Shown here: positions 1 to 13,500 of the stretch, one piece after another
Layout: every line of letters starts with the position of its first letter
Position numbering within the stretch: the stretch's first letter is position 1
Source of the DNA: Squalus acanthias
Lineage: Eukaryota
DNA: 64,000 nt
Direction of reading: 5' to 3'
Assembly (NCBI GenBank): GCA_030390025.1
Contig: CM059431.1
Coordinates: forward strand, 119,848,001-119,912,000
Position numbers and translations under genes: made by a program
The notes under the pieces: model-generated
The model's database searches: none
What the model saw: the letters and a program-made list of their open reading frames with translations, nothing else
Told to the model about the DNA's origin: nothing

Positions 1-582
1 GGAGCACGACACAGGAAATGGATGCGATCGAACTACTGACGACGGTCAGTCAGGCGGTGTCGCCGACTCCTCCACACGATTCTTGGCAACGCCTCAGAAA
101 TTGGATTCGCAAAAAGCCACAACCAAAACAAGTAAAGATCAACAAGTTACTTCAACGAAGGAGGAAAACACTGCGGATGGATAAGGAATCAACTGAGCTT
201 CTGGCTTGGCCTTTACGAAAACAAGACTCTGTCCTCACGCTGGATCAATGGAACAGCGTGTCAAGCTTCAGCCAGTTCCAAATGACGTCTTCTTGAATTG
301 TATGAATAACTCACCTCTACGGAACGTACATCTGCCAATTGGACATTCTAATTACATGTTGTTTCACTGATTGCATGAAAATGTACCTATCATTCGTTTA
401 ATTTGTGTTCAATTTAAAATAAGGCAAAATATTGTCCTAGGATGACTTAAAGAAAGTTTCATGTCACACATGATTGGGCTCTTGTAAATCTCGTGAAATT
501 AATGTACTAATGTAAACTTATTTGGAACATTGACCAAACACTGTCTTGATGCTCGAGTTCATTTTTTGGTCAAGAAGGGGGG
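1..582 (+). mobile_element. 3' internal region of an LTR retroelement (continues upstream of the window), ending in a polypurine tract
   Basis: PPT AAGAAGGGGGG (572-582) directly precedes the TG start of an LTR at 583. The ORF at 18-296 is not recognisable. Confidence 0.6.
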
Positions 583-2462
583 TGTGAAGGAATAAGCCAT
601 ATAACCTATTCAGAAAAATACACTGTCTCATGAAAGAATTCTGGCCTTATTAAAACATGACCAACTGGGTTTGGAAATTTAGAAACCTAACTATGAAACA
701 GTTATGAAAACATTCTGGCTATTGAGATAAGATAGTTGTTGACACTGAATCAATAACCTTATTAAAACAGAAGGTTAAAGGCTCCCAACAGGCTGACTTT
801 TGAGAACAAAACAATTGTTCATCCTGGATAAGGTGTTCTAATTTACACCTCGTAAAGAAGCACAAACATCTGCCTTCGTAAAAATTACATCAAGTAAAAA
901 ACACACCTGCCATCACACCGTTTTTTATGGTAAACTTAGAACACCTAGAGAGGAGACATAATTCTATAATGCTACCAGCTGAGGTGACTGTAAGAATTGC
1001 AGGGTCAGCAGAAAAATGACTAGAGATAATTAGCTTACATCAGCAGAAAACCTTAAAGGAAATACCACTGGAAAAGTGTATAAATATTGAACTCTCAAAT
1101 GGGATAGTAGTCTCGATTTAATCGGGCAAAGCGATTCTCGGCTTCAGAGGTGGCTCTGTAAGTCTCCAACTCTTTGGGCTGGATTTTGTCTTGGGGTCGG
1201 GTTGGGGTCATTTTACCCACATTTTGTGTTGCCCCCCCGACTCCAGATTAATGTGGATGAATGATGCAATGTTCACTTAATTGGGTAATTGAATTCCAGC
1301 ATGTGGGAACCCATGAACCAATTAGTGGTTTCAGTCTGAAAGTCGCCTCTGAAGATGTCATCATTGCAGGTCAGAGCCTGACTGCCTGGTCTCAGAGACT
1401 GCCTGGCTTTTGGTGTGAGAGGACCTGGATGCAAAATGAGCAGCAGCTCTAAGGAGAGAGAGAGAGAGAGAGAGAGAGAATTTTTTTTGCAAGGCCAGGC
1501 AGTTTCTGAAGACATTCAATGCAGCAGCATCAGAGGCGACTTTCAGACCTAATACTACTACTACCTTCATCACATCTCCGTTGTAATAGTGGACCTGCAG
1601 CTGATAGTCAGCTATCCACTTGTGCTCCCGCCAGGTTTCACTGGCATGTTTCACATCAGGCGTACTTCATGTTGGAAAAGGGTTAAACTAGCTAAAACGT
1701 TTCAAAATGGCATTACAGAGCCAATTTAAGGATAGTTAAGAGCGTTAATGGCCTCTTGCGCCTCTTGGAGGTGGGACGGAGTCGGGAACCCCGCGACCCA
1801 TTTTGTCAAAATTGCGTGGAGGCGTGTTGGAGTCGGGATTGGGTCGGGACCCCCGAATCTGCTACTTTAACCCCCCACACGCCTCCAAACCCGACTCCAC
1901 GGGTCATTCAAAATCCAGCCCTTTGTACCTCGGGGATCAAAGTTATTTGATTTTGGTGGATATCCTGTAGAACACAAAGAACTGTAAAACTGTAGCGAAG
2001 TTAAGATTTGAAAGTAAGGTTTTCTGATAATAAGATTGTAAGCTTTCTCTTTTTGGAACTGTTAATGTTGCGATTGACTCAGCAACTGTAAACTGCATGT
2101 CGGTTCTTTAATAAATCTATATATTGTTAGAATTGTCTCACGTAAGACTTCTGTATCAAACTCGCAAACTCAATCTCTGTACACTCTTTGGTGAGGAGTT
2201 GCAGAATTCTGGGGGAGTTTTCCGGATCCTCATAACATCCGGAACGTTACAGTCTAGCTAAACTTATTAAAAGTGCTATCTGGAGGACGGTAACATCTTC
2301 AGGTTGTTCCTTTCCTTTAGGGAGAGATAGTCCGGACCTTTAGACCCAATTAAGCGTCTTTAGGATTCAGCTACCTCAAATTTTAGTTGAAAGTGAACGT
2401 CTGAGGAATACGCCTGATGTGGGGTAGCCCTAAAGGGGTTAGGACTAGTAATAATCCCTTCA
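583..2462 (+). mobile_element. 3' LTR (family A, about 1.1 kb) interrupted by a Harbinger-type MITE
   Basis: TGTGAAGG...CCCTTCA termini, AATAAA near 2110, and colinear homology with the inverted copy at 9446-10532. Confidence 0.8.
1176..1921. mobile_element. Non-autonomous PIF/Harbinger element (MITE) inserted in LTR A
   Basis: TIR GGGCTGGATTTTG/CAAAATCCAGCCC and TSD TTT. The other LTR copy shows the empty site (CTCTTTGTACCTC). Contains a (GA)n run at about 1454-1478. Confidence 0.85.
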
Positions 2463-3920
2463 ACACAACGTGGAGAAACAATAAGACCAAGGAAATGGAA
2501 CATGCCAAGATTATGGAATGAATTAGGGTAGAATGATTTTACAGAATTGCCTACACAGCAAAATACCTGGGGCAGGAGTTTCCACCTGCTTTTATCAGCA
2601 AATTTTGCCCCGAAATCGGCCAAACAAGCACAAAATATCGAGGAATTTTAAGCAAAATTATATTAAGCGCAGCTCGAGTTTCTGCAATGTTTTGCGTTAG
2701 TTTAAATAACATTGTGCTAGAAGGTGGCCCCGCCTACAAAACTAGCCACAACCCCAGCTCAAATTAATCACCATTGCGAGTCTCCACTTATTGAGCCCCT
2801 TTGTGGGCCTTTGAGGAGGCTCTTACAATTAAGTTGGTTCTTTTAGGCACAAGAGGACACTAATTTAAAAGCTTTTAAATATTATTTTTTTTACATTTAC
2901 TAAGAAACTGGATTCCATCCACCAATAAAACTAATAATTGGTTCTGTATAGATTTTTAAAGTCATTTTCAGTTATTTAAAATTGGGTTACTCACACAGGT
3001 GGTGGACTCGACACTCTGATTAAAAATACTTATTTTTTGTGATAAACCCATTTTCAGCTGTATTAATAAAACTCTTGAATTTATCAAGGAATATTCTTTA
3101 ATGCAATTTTTTTTAAATTATGTTCTAAAGCATTGCCCGAATGTACTGATGTGGATGGGCTGGGCAGATCCATTAAAGCACTTGTGGACCAATCATCATG
3201 CAGCGTCTGTTGGCTGAAGTCTCAGCTTTCATTGCAGCACAAGCATAAGCCACCCAACGTCTGAGTGCTGCAATGGAAGCTCAGACTGAAGTCATGCAAG
3301 CACAGACTGCTGCCATCATGGCTGGGTTTACTAGTGTGGAAAGGGGCTTGTAGGGTGTCACAGCAGTCCAGCAGTCTGTACTCCAGCAGATTACTAGCAT
3401 TGCTGAGGTGCTGCCCCGAGGGAGTGGCAATGGATCCGAGGAAGCCGACTCTGCTGTCCTCTCTCAGGATGACAGTATTCATCCACCACTGCCACTCCAC
3501 CAGTGCTCTTGCTGTTGCCTGTCAGCCAGCCAGCCCAGACCGCTGCTGCCCATGCCGAGGTGATGCAATCCAAAGCTGGGCCTAGAGCTCCTCGAGATCA
3601 TCCTGCAAGTTCATCTGCAATCTTACCCACTGAAAGTCAGTACACTTCCAGCAGCCATGTTGCAGCCACTGGGGAAGCACTGCATTGGAGCACTAGAATA
3701 GGCAAAGTCAAACGCAAGACAGTCACTAAGGGAATGCACAAGGCTGATTCGTTAAATGTCTGATGTAATATTGCATGGATATATGGATAAAGTTTGATTG
3801 GAAAGTTTGCTTTATGGTGGCTTTTATTTCAGCATTGTGGCCAAGATGATGCTGTGATGGCCAGTAACAGAGGGATGGTAAGGTGTGGGACTATTGTTGA
3901 ATATGGAAAAGGGGTTGCGT

Positions 3921-4745
3921 TCAACAATCATATCGCAGGCGGATAACTCGATCCTGGATATCCCGGCTAGGAAGGGGCTGTCGGGGTTGCCTCCGTCCTT
4001 GCGCTTCCTCCTCCTCCTTTTCCAGTTCCTCCTTTTCTGCCTCCTCCTCTTTTGTGGACTGGTGCAGAATAAAAGCATCATGACTGCTGCCAGGAAATTG
4101 GATTTTCACCATCATGGTATGCTGAGCATGGTCGCACACCAACTGTACATTCATCGAGTGGTAACCTTTACGGTTGCGGTACAGCTCAGCATTTATATAT
4201 GTTGCCCACAAAACCACGTGCATGCAGTCGATGGCGCCCTGCACCATGGGGAAGTCCACTATCCTGGCAAAGCCATGTGCATATTCCGTCTCTCTGGTCA
4301 GAGAGAAGACAATGAAGTCCCTTCTCCTGGCATAAAGAGCATCTGTCAACTCTCTTACACAGCAGTGGACAGCGAACTGTGGGATGTTACAGATGTCGCC
4401 TGCTCCATCCTGGAAGGATCCCGATGCGCAGTATTCAGGGTCATGGTCACCTTCACAACCACTGGCAGCGCAGTCCTTGCCCTGGAGTGAGGCTGCAGGC
4501 TGGTTGCAAGAGGTGACAGCATTCTGTGAGCACTGCCTCTAAATCGCAGATGGGTCACACACTTCTCCTGGCTCAGGTTGAGGTAAGAGAATTTCTCTCA
4601 GAAGACCCTGGCCTCCTGCTGATAGCCTTTCTCCCCCTTCTCCTCCTCCCTCTGTGAGCAGCTTGTCCTCTTCTTCACTGCCTCTGCTCCATCTCCCTGT
4701 CATGCTGCAGGCCAAGGGGGATGACAGCTACAGCACCCATGACTG
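3921..4745 (-). pseudogene. Harbinger (HARBI1-like) DDE transposase remnant
   Basis: Motifs VQGAIDCMHV, YRNRKGYHSMNVQLVCD and FPGSSHDAFIL, with an acidic C-terminus. Frameshifted and internally deleted. Confidence 0.85.
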
Positions 4746-4914
4746 GGAGCAAGTGGTCTGAGCAGAACCCTTGATTTCCGAAGCAAGGCCTTCTCCACTT
4801 GTAACACCACTCCCTGTCACCTCACCAACTTTAAACAACTCTAGAAACCTCCAAACAATTCCATGAACTTACACCGAGCCAGTAGAAATCAAAAAGCAAG
4901 TTACCTGAAAGTTG

Positions 4915-7386
4915 CATATAGATTGGGCTACTCAAACTGGAAGCAATACGGTGGAGGAGGATTTCCTGGAGTGTTTAAGGGATGGTTTCCTAAACCAATA
5001 TGTTGAGGAACCAACTCGAGGGGAGGCCATCCTGGACTGGGTGTTGTGTAATGAGGAGGGACTAATCAGCAATCTTGTGGTACGAGGCCCCCTGGGGAAG
5101 AGTGACCATAGTATGGTGGAGTTCTACATTAGGATGGAGAAGGAAACAGTTAAGTCAGAGACCATGGTCCAGAACTTAAATAAGGGCAACTTTGAGGGTA
5201 TGAGGCGTGAATTGGCGAGGTTAAATTGGCAAGCGATATTTAAGGGGCTATCAGTGGAAGGGCAATGGCAGACATTTAGAGATCGCATGGATGAACTACA
5301 ACAATTGTACATCCCGGTCTGGCGTAAAAATAAAAAAGGGAAGGTGGCTCAACCATGGCTAACAAGGGAAATCAGAGATAGTATTAAAACCAAGGAAGTT
5401 GCATACAAATTGGCCAGAAGTAGCAGCAAACCCGGGGACTGGGAGAACTTCAAAACTCAGCAGAGGAGGACGAAGGGTTTGATTAGGGCAGGGAAAATAA
5501 AATATGAAAGGAAGCTTGCAGAGAACATTAAAATGGACTGCAAAAGCTTCTATAAATATGTAAAAAGAAAGAGGTTAGTAAAAACAAACGTAGGTCCCCT
5601 GCAGTCGGAAACAGGGGAAGTCGTAATGGGGAACAAGGAAATGGCAGATCAATTGAACAAGTACTTTGGTTCGGTGTTTACTGTGGAGGACACACACAAC
5701 CTGCCGGAAATAAAAGGGGTCAGAGGATCTGGTAAGAGGGAGGAGCTGAGGGAAATCCTTATTAGTCGGGAAAAGGTATTGGGGAAATTGATGGGACTGA
5801 AGGCTGAAAAATCCCCGGGGCCTGATGGTCTGCATGCCAGAGTACTTAAGGAGGTGGCCTTGGAAATAGTGGATGCATTGACGATCATTTTCCAACATTC
5901 CTTAGACTCTGGATCAGTTCCGATGGAGTGGAGGGTGGCCAATGTAACCCCTCTTTTTAAAAAAGGAGGGAGGGAGAAAGCAGGGAATTATAGACATCGG
6001 TCGTGGGTAAAATGATGGAAGCAATTATTAAAGATGTCATAACAGACCATTTGGAAAGTGGCGACATGATAGGTCCAAGTCAGCATGGATTTGTGAAAGG
6101 GAAATCATGCTTGACAAATCTTCTGGAATTTTTTGAGGATGTTTCCAATAGGGTGGACAGGGGGGAACCAGTAGATGTGGTGTAATTGGACTTTCAGAAG
6201 GCCTTCGACAAGGTCCCACACAAGAGATTGGTGAGCAAAGTTAAAGCACATGGGATTGGGGGTAATGTGTTGACGTGGATTGAGAACTGGTTGGCACACA
6301 GGAAACAAAGAGTAGGAGTAAATGGGTACTTTTCAGAATGGCAGGCAGTGACCAGCGGGGTACCGCAGGGTTCGGTGCTGGGACCCCAGCTGTTTACATT
6401 ATATATTAATGATTTGGACAAAGGGATTAAATGTAATATCTCCAAATTTGCGGATGACACTAAATTGGGAGGCAGTGTGAACAATGAGGAGGATGCTAGG
6501 AGGCTACAGCGTGACTTGGACAGGTTGGGTGAATGGGCAAATGTATGGCAGATGAAGTACAATGTGGATAAATGTGAGGTTATCCACTTTGGTGGTAAAA
6601 ATAGAGAGGCGGACTATTACCTGAATGGTGGCAGATTAGGGAAAGGGGACGTGCAACGAGACCTGGGCGTCATGGTACATCAGTCACTGAAGGTGGGAAT
6701 GCAAGTGCAGCAGGCAGTCAAGAAAGCAAACGGAATGATGGCCTTCATAGCAAGGGGATTTGAGTACAGGAGTAGGGAGGTGATGCTACAGTTGTACAGG
6801 GCCTTGGTGAGGCCACACCTGGAGTATTGTGCGCAGTTTTGGTCTCCTAACTTAAGGAAGGACATTCTTGCTATTGAGGGAGTGCAGCGAAGGTTCACTA
6901 GATTGATTCCTGGGATGGCCGGACTGACATATCAAGAAAGATTGGGTCAACTGAACTTGTATCCTCTGGAGTTCAGAAGAATGAGGGGGGATCTTATAGA
7001 GACATTTAAAATCCTGACTGGTTTAGACAAATTAGATGCGGGCAGAATGTTCCCAATGGTAGGGAAAACTAGAACCAGGGGTCACAGTCTAAGGATTAAG
7101 GGGAAGCCATTTAGGAATGAGCTGAGGAGGAACTTCTTCACCCAGAGAGTGGTGAATCTATGGAATTCTCTTCCACAGAAGGTTGTTGAGGCCAGTTCGC
7201 TAAATATATTCAAAAGGGAGTTAGATATAACACTCACAACTAAGGGGATCAAGGGGTATGGCGAGAAAGCAGGAATGGGGTACTGAGGTAGCATGTTCAG
7301 CCATGAACGCATTGAATGGTGGTGCAGGCTCGAAGGACCGAATGGTCTACTCCTGTACCTATTTTCTATGTTTCTATGTTTCTATG
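4915..7386 (+). mobile_element. 5'-truncated CR1-clade LINE (HER1-like); ORF2 with end of endonuclease and RT
   Basis: Motifs PTRGEAILDWV, GKSDH, KSPGPDG, DFQKAFDKV, GVPQGSVLGP and KFADDTKL. Frameshift near 5995, stop at 6183-6185, and a 3' UTR ending in a (TTTCTATG)n tail. Confidence 0.95.
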
Positions 7387-7859
7387 CTGATGGTCCCTTT
7401 AAATATCACTGGTGGAGGTCCTTCCTGCTGCTGAATGCAAGTTCAGCGGTGCGAGGTTAGGAGAGGGCATCAGCTCCAGTGCTGACAATGAAAATGGTAG
7501 GGCAGGCGTCAAATCAGCATTTCACTCTGATCGACGTCACAATCTGCTTACTTACCATACTTCTAACGCTGCTCTTAATGGCCGCTCCACCACCCTCACC
7601 AAGATGATATTTGGCACGGCCTGCACCTGAAGTGTGCGTGCTGCTCAGAAGTCACTTTGGTCCCAATTTGGCACCCGTAGCGCCCAAACAACAGGTGCTA
7701 CGAAACCAAATTTCCAGGCCCACCTATGCCTTCCATGTGCGAGAGGCTCATATCTCAGTATGACTCAGTATGCTTTAGACCTGCAGACTTGACTATCCAC
7801 CTTTGAACACATTGATTCAGGATTAATTTATTCAGAATTCACTATTGTTTTCATATATT

Positions 7860-8602
7860 GGCCCAGAAATTAAAGACGGAGCCTTCCTGCGGGGGTAAGG
7901 CTTCCCCGCGATATCTCACTGCGCGCCTGCCTTTTCCTTCCAAGCTCACACGAAATTTAGTTTCAAGGCTGCAGCTGTGCAGTGTGTGCGTATCCCACAG
8001 ACGCAGTTAATTCGTGCGAGCTGTGGGGTCACGTGATTCAGTTAGAGCCAATGGCAGCACACCATCTTTCATTCATAGTTTTGACAGCAAGGGCTGTCAA
8101 AGCTATGAATCTATACCCCCCCAAAAGAACAGCTAAACCTCAATTAAATTTTAAAAAAAACCATCATATTAATAAAATAAGTATAGTTAAATAAATTAAC
8201 CACTTTAAACAAAAAATTAAATTTTTGAAAAAATTTAAAATCTTTTTAACAGTTATAAAAATAAACTTACCTTTCTTTAAAGTCTCTAAAAAAGATAAAC
8301 CTGTTGAAAAATTTTTAAAATTATACTTAATTAACTACTTACCTTGTTAAAAGAGGGTCTTACGCCTCCTTTCTTTATGTGCAAAATCTTCCATGCTTAC
8401 CTGCGCGTTCAAAGCACTAAGTGCACTGCGTGCGCGCAGCCTGTAGCGCGCACGCGGTTCACTTAGGAACCGCCCCCTTTTGAGTTCACCTAGTGCCAGT
8501 TTTCAGCGCATGCGCAGTGCATGCAGAAAACCGGCAATTGGAGACAGAATACGCGAGAGTACACAGTGCGTACTCTCGCGTACTAAGACTAATTTTTGGG
8601 CC
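7860..8602. mobile_element. MITE (Harbinger-type) with AT-rich core
   Basis: TIR GGCCCAGAAATT/AATTTTTGGGCC and TSD ATT. A homologous partial copy lies at 35191-35701. Confidence 0.85.
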
Positions 8603-9445
8603 ATTGTTTACGCTGTAAAGATGAGTATTACAGAAAAGCTAAGCAGAATTAAAGATCCCCGCCCTGGTGCTGATTTAAAAGGCCCAGGTCCCAGAATGAG
8701 ATAGACCAAACTAGACAGATAGATGACCACAATTTGATTTTTGAGCTAACATGTTCCATATAGTTAAATAATACATTGAAAATGTAAACCGATTAAAGGA
8801 TGCGTTTCGCTTCCCTGAGTGCTCTGAGGTAAAATTAGTCCCAGGTTTAATTTCTAGTCAATCAGGTAGCTGGACAGGAAGTTAGGCAGTGACCTCTAAC
8901 CCTGTTCCTGTCCAGGGGTTGGTCAGTGATACTGCTAATTAAACTAGCTACTACCCCCTGGGTGCAGCCCTCCAGAAACTAACTCCTGCTATATTCACGT
9001 TAATACATTTACAGGAAAGGCTCAAAGACTATCATTTTGTTTCAGATTGCAGCGATATGTGTGAAGCAACATTACATATACCAGCCCATCTGACTTTAAT
9101 ATATATTTTGCCTCTTGCAGCTTCCTACCGCAGAATGGACTTTTTAATCCTGGTGAGCTCAATTTAACTGAAAAGTAGAACTTCAATGTGACTCATACCC
9201 ACATATACCATGGCAAAATGTTCGAACATCCTGAAATACAACAGTGACATTTTTGAATACACGCCATTCAAACCGTATAGGTGTTACTTAACAATGAACT
9301 TGAAAAGTTGTTTATTTGTTATGTGGATTAAAGTGCGAGGGATGATTATCCAACTTCATGCTTCTGGTATGTAGCCTCAACAATTTGGTTGTAAAATAGT
9401 GGGTAGCGTGCGCTCAATATCCAAGCCAGCAGATAAGGCTTCTCA

Positions 9446-10532
9446 TGAAAGGATATTTACTAGTCCTAGCCCCTTTGGGACTATCCTGGATCAGGCGTAT
9501 TTCTTAGATGTTCACTTTCAACTAAAGTTTGAGGTAGCCGAATCCTAAAGACGCTTAACTGGGTCTAAAAGTCCGGGCTATCTCTCCCTAAAGGAAAGGA
9601 ACAACCTGAGAATGTTACCGTCCTCCAGATAGTGCTTTTAATAAGTTTAGCTAGACTGTAACGTCCCGGATATTATGAGGGTCTGGAGATCTCCTTCAGA
9701 AATGTACCTCTCCACCAAAGAGTGTACAGAGATTGGGTTTGCGAGTTATTGATACAGAAGACATATGTGAGGCAATTCTAAAAATATATAGAGATTTATT
9801 AAAAGAACCGACATGCAATTTACAGTTGGTGAATCAGTCAATCGCAACGTTAACAGTTCTAAAAAGAGAAAAAATACGATCTCATTTTTAACAGAGAATC
9901 TTTCTTTTAAATCTTAACTTCGCTACAGTATTACAGTTCTTAAAGTTTTCTATACAAGATATCCATCAATATCAAAATACCTTTGATCCCTGAGGTACAA
10001 AGAGTGGAAGATCACACAGCCACCTCTGTAGTCGAGAATCGCTTTGCCCGATTAAAGCGACTCTGCTATCTCATTTGAGACTTCAATATTTATACCCTTT
10101 TTCAGTTGTATTTCCTTTAAGGTTTCTGCTGATGCAAGTTAATTATCACGATTCATCTTTCTGCTGACCTCTGCAATTCTTTACTGCCACATCAGCTTGT
10201 AATATTCCAGAATCTGCCGCATCTCCGGGCGTTCTGGGTTCACCATATAAAAAGCTATGAAAGGCAGGTGTCCCTTATTTTATCTGTCATCTTTACGAGG
10301 GCAGATGTTCCTTATCTTATGTGCCATCTTTATGAAGTTTAATTTATATCACATATCCAGGGTTGACCATTGTGTAGTTCCCAAAAAGTCAGCCACTCGG
10401 AGCCATCCCATTCTTCAGTTTCAATAAGGTTATTTATTCAGGGTCAACAACTTGTCCTGTTTCAACAAGGTCAGAATTCTTTCATAAGATAGTGTATTTT
10501 TCGAAAAAGCCTATATAGTATATTCCTTCACA
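9446..10532 (-). mobile_element. Solo LTR, family A
   Basis: Inverted homolog of 583-2462 lacking the MITE. TG...CA ends, with flanks CTCA/CCCA (4-bp TSD, one mismatch). Confidence 0.8.
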
Positions 10533-11239
10533 CCCATTAGATGCACAAAGTCAGAAAGTGGCGTCTGCTGTATATTAAAATATGTTAGAATACTGCAAAT
10601 AAGTCTTAGGTACTATTTCAAAATGTCAACACCTTGCCATGAATGTTAGGTGCAGTCAATGCCATGAATTATAATATGTGAATTTCTAAAGAGCTGCTTG
10701 AGCTGATAATTTAGCTTGTCCAATTAATTTTTAAAGGTGAACATGAAAAGATGATTTTAAAAGTGTTGTTGTAAATCTAAAAATGGATTTTGTGCTGTGA
10801 CATCAAAGTTGTATTTTGAGAAGTGATTTTATACGAGATACTAGGGCAGCTTTTCATCTGACAGACCTGATTTGTGTTGCCTGCAATCTTTCAGCTTTCA
10901 ATACATTCTGTACAAGAACATCATTATAATCTAGAAATTGATTTAAAATTGCATTTAAATTAACCCTCATGTCACCTTCTCACCAGGAATGAGCTGCGCA
11001 TTCAACTCGCCATTGTTGAGCCAGTGATGTTCTGGTTTTTCAGGAAGTGAATATTTAAAGACAACCTGTTAGATTTCTCACTGCAAATACCTAAATTCTT
11101 AAAATGGATATTGCATTGAGTGCTGCTCTCTGAGTTTTTTGCAGGCAAAAGAAGAGTACAGAAGAATGGACACAAGGCAGGTTTCCTTTTCCCACACAGC
11201 AGTGTGTACAAAGCAAAACAGCCAACCTGTAAATATCCA

Positions 11240-11790
11240 AAGACAACTATCTTGACAGGTTCTGCTATCTCAGGGAGACAATGGCTGAGTTGTGGCATCT
11301 GCTGGTATCTGATCTGCAGACAACATCAACAACAATGATGGCTTTGCCAGTGGCCATGAGTTATGACGACAGCACAGAACTGTTATGCCTCGGACACCTT
11401 CTTAGCTACCTCAAGGGACACATGCTACATCACAGATAATATTAAGCAATTCACTGATGTGTTATTCACGCGGATAAATACTTTAATCACTTTTTCCTGG
11501 GCAAACTGCAGCAGAATACGGAGGCACTGCAATTTTACTGCATTGCAGGTTTCCCCAAACACTTGAATGTACGTATATGGCCAGCCCGGCTTCTAAAAAC
11601 AATGCCATTGTGTTCATGAACCGCAAGGGGTATAAGGCCATTAATTTCCATCTGATCAGTGACTATCAACACAGGATTGTACAGATGAATACCCATTCCC
11701 TCAGCAGCAGTCATTGATTCCTTCATTTAAGGCAATCCTCTGTGCTTGGGTCATTTGAAGAAGCAAAAGTGATAAAAATGCCTTCTCGGA
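11240..11790 (+). pseudogene. Ancient Harbinger transposase remnant
   Basis: Manual translation gives VFMNRKGYKAINFHLISDYQHRIVQMN near 11610-11700, matching the NRKGxxSxNVQLVCD motif. Many stops. Confidence 0.6.
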
Positions 11791-11792
11791 GA

Positions 11793-11975
11793 CAAAGAAA
11801 GAAAGACCAAACATGCATTTATATAGCATTTTTCACAAACTCAGAACATTCCAAAGCGCTTCATAGCAAATAAAGTAATTTTGAATTGTGGTCACTGGTG
11901 TCATAAAAGGAAAAGCAGCAGCCAATTTGCCCATGGCAAGGTCTCACAGTGGCAATGGGATAAATACACAGTGAG
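11793..11975 (-). repeat. 3' fragment of a Deu-domain (SacSINE1-like) SINE
   Basis: Inverted similarity to the 3' part of the SINE at 40761-41215, with a TTTC-type tail. Confidence 0.55.
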
Positions 11976-12002
11976 AATACTGAGTGATGCTAGACATACA
12001 AC

Positions 12003-12497
12003 TGAGGTCATCCAAAACTTTGCTGCCTGTGTCCTAACTTGAACCAAGTCCCGTTCACCCATCACCCCTGTGCTTGCTGGCCTACATTGGCTCCCGGTTA
12101 AGCAACACCTCGATTTAAAAATTCTCACCTTTGTTTTCAAATCCCTCCATGGCCTCACCCCTCCCTAGCTCTGTAATCTCCTCCAGCCCCACAAACCTCC
12201 AAGATATCTGCGCTCCTCTAATTCTGGACTCTTGAGCATCCCCGATTTTAATCGCTCCACCATTGTTGGTCGTGCCTTCAGCTGACAAGGCCCTAAGCTC
12301 TGGAATCCCCTCTCTAAACCTCTCTGCTTCTCTACCTCTCTTTCCTCCTTTAAGATGCTCCTGAAAGCCTACCTCCTTGACCTAATATCTCCTTATGTGG
12401 CTCAGTGTCCAATTCTGTTTGATAATGCTCCTGTGAAATGCCTTGGGATGTTTTATTACATTAAAGGATGTATATAAATACAAGTTGTTGTTGTTGG
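12003..12497 (+). mobile_element. L2 LINE 3' fragment
   Basis: Near-colinear with 44038-44540 and ends in a (TTG)n tail. Confidence 0.85.
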
Positions 12498-12594
12498 ATA
12501 TAGAAAGCAACAATCATCAATCAGGGGGGCAATTGGACATCCAATAGACTGTACAATAATATCTCAGTTTCAACTAGCATGGTGATAAATCTAT

Positions 12595-13408
12595 GGGCTG
12601 GATTTTGCCAGCCCCGAGGAGGCGGGTATGGAGGTGGGACTCCCAGTAAAGTTGCAGAATGTATGGGGCGGGTGGCAAACCCACCCCCATCCCGCCTCTG
12701 TGCCCTTTTGCCAGGAGGTCGGAAGCCATCCTGCCCCGGGTCCCATCTCCTCAAGGCGAGAAAAGGATTAAATCCTATTAACTGCCTGTTAACAGGTAGT
12801 TAACAGGCAGAAAATAGGATTAGTCCCATTTTACCTTTCCAAGTGCAGGCTTCCCAACCTCGGAGAACCCCACCAGGGTGTAGGAGATGAGTAGGAGGTC
12901 TGCGGGGATCGGAGGGGTCTGAAAGTGAGATGTAGAGGTGAGTGATGGGTGCAAGTGTGGAGTGGTAAATATGTACGGTGAGTGTTAAGTGTTATAAAAT
13001 GTTCACTTACCTTTGTTTCTGCCTACAGCCTTCATTGTAAATTTCACAGACTGGCTGTTGGATCCTCCGAACCAACAGCCAGGTGATTTCTGCAAAGTTG
13101 AAAGGTTTGATGAGTCCTGAACACAGGTACTCATCAAAAAACACAGAATGTCAGTGTTTGACAGCTTCACAGAGCTGTCAAATGCTGACAATGCTTCTTT
13201 CAAGAAATCTTGACAGATGGCACGTTAGACATTGACGTGCTCTGTCATGGACTTCCCTCTAATTGGCCTGCTGAGCCAGCTGTGCGGGCTTAACAAGGTC
13301 AATCGGGGGAAAATCCCGTTGGTTGGCCAGAAGGTGATGGAGGCGGGAGTGAAAGCCGGCAAGCAGCAGTCCTACCTCCAAAAGCTTCCCATTGACAAAA
13401 TCCAACCC
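12595..13408. mobile_element. Harbinger-type MITE (uninterrupted relative of 29902-32279)
   Basis: TIR GGGCTGGATTTTG/CAAAATCCAACCC with flanks TAT/TTT. Inverted homology to 29902-30383 plus 32004-32279. Confidence 0.85.
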
Positions 13409-13500
13409 TTTATCTTTAGTACTACCAGTGCAAAACTTCCTGCAAAAGGAGAGTATAGCCGGAATTCCAGAATGTGCTTAATTTCCAATATGCACTCCTG

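Larger units (their letters stand above)
2568..7721. mobile_element. Degenerate PIF/Harbinger element split by a CR1 LINE
   Basis: Degenerate TIRs and putative TSD ACC. Contains a transposase remnant on the minus strand and a Myb-partner C-terminal remnant on the plus strand (about 3160-3760, ATGEALHWSTR). Confidence 0.6.

Noticed and set aside
3885..4490. 201-aa plus-strand ORF, and similar antisense ORFs over TEs (23892-24461, 26089-26574, 28902-29498)
   Set aside because: Shadow frames of transposon sequence with no independent domain evidence.
9046..9157. Possible plus-strand exon (TTTCAG or TTGCAG acceptor, GTGAGC donor)
   Set aside because: The splice signals are plausible, but no translation is recognisable and there is no supportable partner exon.
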